Assembly: GCA_965218435.1 (NCBI GenBank)
Contig: CBDCKW010000009.1
Coordinates: 2,368,001-2,432,000 of the forward strand
From: Truepera sp.
GTDB taxonomy: Bacteria > Deinococcota > Deinococci > Deinococcales > Trueperaceae
Reading direction: 5' to 3'
Length of the DNA: 64,000 bases
Every line of letters begins with the position of its first letter. Position 1 is the stretch's first letter. A program made the position numbers and the translations under genes. The notes beneath the pieces were generated by a model. The model was not told the origin of the DNA and made no database searches. It worked only from the letters and a program-made list of their open reading frames with translations. Positions 59,877 to 64,000 of the stretch are shown one piece after another.

Positions 59877-60237
59877 CTCGAGGCTGGCCAGGGACGCGTT
59901 TGGCCTGCTGCACTTTCCCATGATGTACGGGGCCGTTGCCTACGCGTTTGTCATTGAAGAAGCTGTGGCGCGTCCAGATGAGCCGCTCGCATTTACACGA
60001 CGGCTGGCGTTAGGGCTCGGGTTGGCGCTATTTGTTGGGGTAACCGCGCTCACCATTAGACGAGCAACCGGCCGTTTGCTGCGGCCCCGCATCTTGCTGC
60101 TTACCGGCACAGTCGTTGCTGTTATGGTTTGGGTCGTTGCGCCCTGGGTAAGTCTCACGGTAGCTTTTGTCGGGGTGGTACTGATCGCGCTATTAGAGCA
60201 AGTAGAGAGCAACTCTAAATCAGCTAAAGCCTTATGA
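59877..60237 (+). pseudogene. 3' fragment of a low-temperature-requirement A (LtrA)-like membrane protein gene
   Basis: RLARDAFGLLHFPMMYGAVAYAFVIEEAVA...; begins abruptly at CTCGAG right after the mqnB stop. Confidence 0.55.
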
Positions 60238-60339
60238 GATTTAGGGTTGATAGTCTGCTACAAGGCACTTTAAGAACGACGTAGGCCCACTTTCCCCACA
60301 AGACATCATGCGAGGTCAAAACGCTGTACACCCTAGTAG

Positions 60340-60948
60340 ATGCCCCCCGCCTATAGTTCTCTGACTGTCATCATCGTGGCAGACGACCCTCTCGTACGAG
60401 TAGGACTCACAAACTTGATCGAGGTTGAAGGTCTATTGGTAACAGCAGCTGTCTCCGGGAGTGAGCTAGCTACGGAGCAGGGTGACGCCGAAGTTTTGCT
60501 CTGGGACGCCGACCCGATGCTAGACGCCGAGGCCGCCGCTCAGCAGGAGGTGCCGGTCCTTGCGCTTGTGAGCGAAGATGACGACCCAAACTCACTCCTA
60601 GCAGCTGGGGTCGCGGGGGTTCTCTACCGCACTGCGACAGCCGCGCACCTTGCGGCAGGGTTGCGCGCCGTCGCCGCAGGGCTGACGGTGCTCGAGCCCA
60701 ACCTGTTACCGCCGCTATTACCTGTCATGCCCGAACGAGATACGCCCTTTGACGACCTCACCCCACGCGAGCTCGACGTTTTAGAACTCGTCAGCGAAGG
60801 TCTGCCAAACAAGCGAATCGCTAAAGAGCTCGGCATCAGTGTCAACACTGTAAAGTTTCACGTCAACGCGCTGCTCTCCAAGTTCGGTGTAAAAAGCAGA
60901 ACTGAACTGGCTGTCCGTGCGGTTCAGCAGGGACAGACGAACCTCTAG
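60340..60948 (+). CDS. NarL/LuxR-family response regulator with atypical receiver
   Basis: LTPRELDVL...GLPNKRIAKELGISVNTVKFHV HTH; receiver has LLWD but VLYR at the conserved Lys position. Confidence 0.9.
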   Translation: MPPAYSSLTVIIVADDPLVRVGLTNLIEVEGLLVTAAVSGSELATEQGDAEVLLWDADPMLDAEAAAQQEVPVLALVSEDDDPNSLLAAGVAGVLYRTATAAHLAAGLRAVAAGLTVLEPNLLPPLLPVMPERDTPFDDLTPRELDVLELVSEGLPNKRIAKELGISVNTVKFHVNALLSKFGVKSRTELAVRAVQQGQTNL

Positions 60949-61023
60949 CCCTATCCCTACGGGTAGGTGCGTCCTATCCAAGATGGGGGAGTCACGTCTC
61001 GCCTGAAACGCTATTTTAGGTCT

Positions 61024-61905
61024 ATGGATCATTTATCAGCTACCCTCGTTCAAACGGTTGAAACTTTAAGTCAGAGTCTCGTCAGCGTTCAGGCACGCCG
61101 CGGCTACCCGTTAAGCGGCGTGGTCTGGTCAGATGGCGTTATCGTCACGACTAACCGTGCGGTTGAACGCGAAGACAACCTCTATGTGGGTTTGCCTAAC
61201 GGTGAAACGCTCGAGGCCGAACTCATTGGGCGCGCCCCTAACGTAGACCTCGCTGCGCTCAGGCTCACCAGCGACGTGTTAAAAACGCCAACGTGGATTG
61301 GCACCGACGACTTGAAAGTGGGCCAACTTGTGCTGCGCCTTGGGCGGCCTAGAGGCAGTGTGCGGGTGACGATGGGTGTGCTGAGCGGTCTCGAGCCCTG
61401 GCGTAGTCGCTCGGGCGTGCAGCTTGATACCACTATACTGACCGACGCTGATACCTTCCGGGGCTTTTCGGGCGGTGTCTTCGCTACCCTTACCGGTGAG
61501 CTCGTAGGTGTCAATACTGCCGCCCTCAGCCGGAGCGGGGACAGTGTAATCCCGACCAGCAACCTCGAGAAGACCATTCGTGAGTTGCTCGAGCATGGAC
61601 GGGTACGCCAGGGTTACCTGGGGGTCAGTGGTCAGCCCGTTAAACTACCAGAAGCGTTACAAACTGAGCTAGGGCAGCGTGCCGGACTCTTAGTGATGTC
61701 GGTAGAGCCGGGTAGTCCGGCTGAGCGGGCAGGCTTAAGCCAAGGTGACGTGATCTTAAGTCTGAGCGGCGTCAAGGTCGCGCGTTCAGGCGGACTTGTG
61801 GCGGAGCTTTCAGGCGAGCACATCGGAAAAACGCTGCCACTGACGGCGGCGCGGGGCGGGCAGGTACAGACGTTTGAACTTACCGTGGCTGAGCGTACTA
61901 GCTAA
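61024..61905 (+). CDS. Trypsin-like (S1C) domain plus PDZ protein
   Basis: DLAALR, GFSGG, VGVNT, GYLGV, PGSPAERAGL..GDVIL. Confidence 0.88.
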   Translation: MDHLSATLVQTVETLSQSLVSVQARRGYPLSGVVWSDGVIVTTNRAVEREDNLYVGLPNGETLEAELIGRAPNVDLAALRLTSDVLKTPTWIGTDDLKVGQLVLRLGRPRGSVRVTMGVLSGLEPWRSRSGVQLDTTILTDADTFRGFSGGVFATLTGELVGVNTAALSRSGDSVIPTSNLEKTIRELLEHGRVRQGYLGVSGQPVKLPEALQTELGQRAGLLVMSVEPGSPAERAGLSQGDVILSLSGVKVARSGGLVAELSGEHIGKTLPLTAARGGQVQTFELTVAERTS

Positions 61906-62022
61906 ACCCAGCAGCCTAAAACTTAGAGCAGCCTGCTCCTTTTTAAGGGGGCGGCTTAAACGCTCAGTGTCGTCTAACACCGCATTTGGGTCTCGTCCAG
62001 AGGCCGTTATGAACTTTTAAGG

Positions 62023-62050
62023 CGAGTCTTGCCCGGTCGGGCAAGACTCG
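62023..62050. repeat. Perfect 13-bp inverted repeat
   Basis: CGAGTCTTGCCCG-gt-CGGGCAAGACTCG. Confidence 0.85.
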
Positions 62051-62139
62051 TAATGTGATCTTAATGGGCTTTTCTTACGCCTCACTTTCTTTTACAAGGC
62101 TTACAGAGTTTGTCATTGACTCCAGGTTTTGTAGATACA

Positions 62140-62540
62140 AGATGCTGTGTTAGGAGTCAAGAGGTGTCAGCAGAACCGAACGAGCACTGATGAACCAGCA
62201 CAGCATAAACAGTTCTGAGGAGCTTGCCCATACAGGCAATGAGCGCCGTTTGTTTTCACCGTTTTTGACTAGACGTGTCAAAAAGCTCTTCAGGACGGGA
62301 TTGTAACGATGCGAGAGCTGGCAGATACAAAAGCCGACGCACGTGGGCTGAGCCCAGACGCGAGATTCGACTTCTGCGCCTGACACTTGAACCCGACTCG
62401 AAGCGCGGTGGCGTCAGACCCGCCAACGCCACCAGTTTCCGAGCCGACGCAAAACGCTTCACGTCTCCCAGTTCCGCTAAGAGCAGGCAAGCCGTTCTTA
62501 CCCCTATGCCTGAGATACTCTGGAGCAACGTCAAGTCATT
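62140..62540 (-). mobile_element. IS110-family transposase remnant (C-terminal domain, frameshifted) with probable right end
   Basis: LLQSISGIG, RFASARKL.ALAGLTP..ESGSS, G.AHVRRLLY; followed by TTGACTCCTAACACAGCATCT. Confidence 0.85.
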
Positions 62541-62544
62541 AAGT

Positions 62545-63291
62545 TTAAGCGCCTGTCGGCTTTTGAGCTACCATCATGATTTCAATGTCTGTCGGCTCCA
62601 GCGGCTTGCGGCTGAACTGGCCCGCGACGCAGCCGTATCCCGCACGCACCTCGAGTCCTGCCCCCCCCAACAACCACTTAAGTTCACGGTGGGTAAAAGC
62701 GGTGCAGTGCATCTCAAACTCTCGAGTCTCACCCTGCGGATTTTGAAGTGTTTGACTCCATGAAGACGTTGCGGTGTAAGGGTCAAAGGTAGACGCCGCG
62801 TCCTCATTGTGCGCCGCCGAAAATGCGTTGACGGCCGTCAGCACGAAGGTCGCACCGGGTCTTAAAGCACGGCTCACTCCAGCTACAATTTGCTGGTGCC
62901 CAGCGTCATCCCCGGCTACACCGAACGCCCCTTCACAGAGGCAGATAGCAGCGTCGAAGCTATCTTCAAACTCTAGCTTCCGGGCATCTTCAAGCCGAAA
63001 CTCCGCTGGAAGCTGTTCTGCTGCCGCTACTTTTCGGGCGTATTCAATGAGACCAGCAGAAATGTCTATTCCCACAGTATGAAACCCGCGCCGCGCCAGC
63101 TCGAGGCTGTGCCGCCCTGCGCCGCACCCCACATCGAGAATGCGTGCTCCGGCGGGAAGTTGCAATAATGCCTCCAGAAAATCCACCTCTTGCGTTGTAC
63201 CTTGGGTATAACCTTCTTTTAGATAGGCTTCACGCTGAAAGTTGCCGATGTCTTTATAGAAACTGCCGTCGTAATTGGATGGTTGCGTCAT
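62545..63291 (-). CDS. Class I SAM-dependent methyltransferase
   Basis: ILDVGCGAGRH, GIDIS, FDAAICL, LRPG; AGGAG RBS. Confidence 0.92.
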   Translation of the reverse strand: MTQPSNYDGSFYKDIGNFQREAYLKEGYTQGTTQEVDFLEALLQLPAGARILDVGCGAGRHSLELARRGFHTVGIDISAGLIEYARKVAAAEQLPAEFRLEDARKLEFEDSFDAAICLCEGAFGVAGDDAGHQQIVAGVSRALRPGATFVLTAVNAFSAAHNEDAASTFDPYTATSSWSQTLQNPQGETREFEMHCTAFTHRELKWLLGGAGLEVRAGYGCVAGQFSRKPLEPTDIEIMMVAQKPTGA

Positions 63292-63509
63292 GTTGTTCTC
63301 CTAGTAGAAATGAGAGGCCATAGGTCGAATAGCGACTTCTGGAAAAAACTCTTTTCAGATGTGGCCTGGAGAACTAACGCAACGTCAGCTGTGCGAGAAG
63401 AGATGAGACTTCGCGTCAGTTCCTGTGTGATGCTTGGCTGTAGGCACGTATCTCACCTCCTCTTCTGGATAACGCTCAGTGTAGCATTTAAGACGGGCTC
63501 GAGATGTGG

Positions 63510-63971
63510 TTATCCGCGCCGTGCTTGAACGTCGTAGCTAACATAAGCCTGTTCAGTTTGCTCTTGCTCAGTCGTTTGGAGCTAAAAGCGGTAACTCGGA
63601 GCTAAAATCGGTTGCACTTCACGGACTTCAACCACGATCACTGCTCTAACCTTGAACGCGTCGCCAGCTTTCTTTCTTAGCGGCGCAGCTCGTTGTTCAA
63701 ACCTCGAGTCACTGTCCAAAATTACCGTCGCCTGACCCTTGAGCTTATAGCCCTTTTACACAAAAACGTCTATAAAACTGACGCAGACATTCGGATTGCT
63801 GCGGATATTCTGCACGCTGCTGCTCGAGGCGATATGTGCAATTGACACGTGCGTATCGTCCTCGGCACCAAATATCTCTTTGGGTGACACGTTAGGCAGA
63901 CTGTCTTTAGACGTTGCCAGCCAACAGAGTGCGCTCTGCTCGATGCTCTTTTTGACCTTAGCTGTGAGCAT
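63510..63971 (-). pseudogene. Pyridoxamine 5'-phosphate oxidase-like FMN-binding gene with two in-frame stops
   Basis: LCWLATS..PNVSPK..NIRSNPNVCVSF; the frame continues past TAA 63756-63758 (KGYKLKGQA...PILAPSYRF) and a TAG near 63582 to TAA 63510. Confidence 0.8.
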
Positions 63972-64000
63972 AACGCTGCTTTCTCAGTATCCAAAACGCC

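Noticed and set aside
63578..63612. GGAGCTAAAA(G/T)CGGT direct repeat as a regulatory site
   Set aside because: It lies inside the PNPOx-like pseudogene reading frame with only two copies; no supporting context

Overview
A chromosomal window that looks like a Deinococcota bacterium, probably Trueperaceae-like. This is inferred from the Deinococcus-type nurA-herA pair, TANNNT boxes directly before start codons, and very frequent CTCGAG. Housekeeping genes include tyrS (partial), gnd-zwf, rocF, phoBR/phoU, thrS, sodC, glyQS, clpC, radA, rplM-rpsI, uppP, gltX-ftsY and mqnB. They are interleaved with accessory genes, several decayed genes, an IS5-family element and an IS110 remnant. No rRNA, tRNA or CRISPR array was recognised. 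The best candidate for an undescribed system is a three-gene unit at 12703-15038. It encodes a FixH/YtkA-like lipoprotein, a small exported His/Cys-rich peptide ending in the ribosome-arrest motif RAPP, and a CcoG/FixG-like membrane polyferredoxin. The peptide's proline codons are complementary to the downstream Shine-Dalgarno, which suggests a metal (probably copper)-sensing translational switch. Other notable items are an AT-rich DUF262+HEPN defence-like pair behind herA, a lone Cas4/AddB-like nuclease, several odd toxin-antitoxin modules, a Pho-box-like motif shared by phoB and phoU, and a HIP1-like iterated palindrome CTCGAG that coincides with some gene-truncation points. All family calls come from motif recognition by eye; no database search was run.
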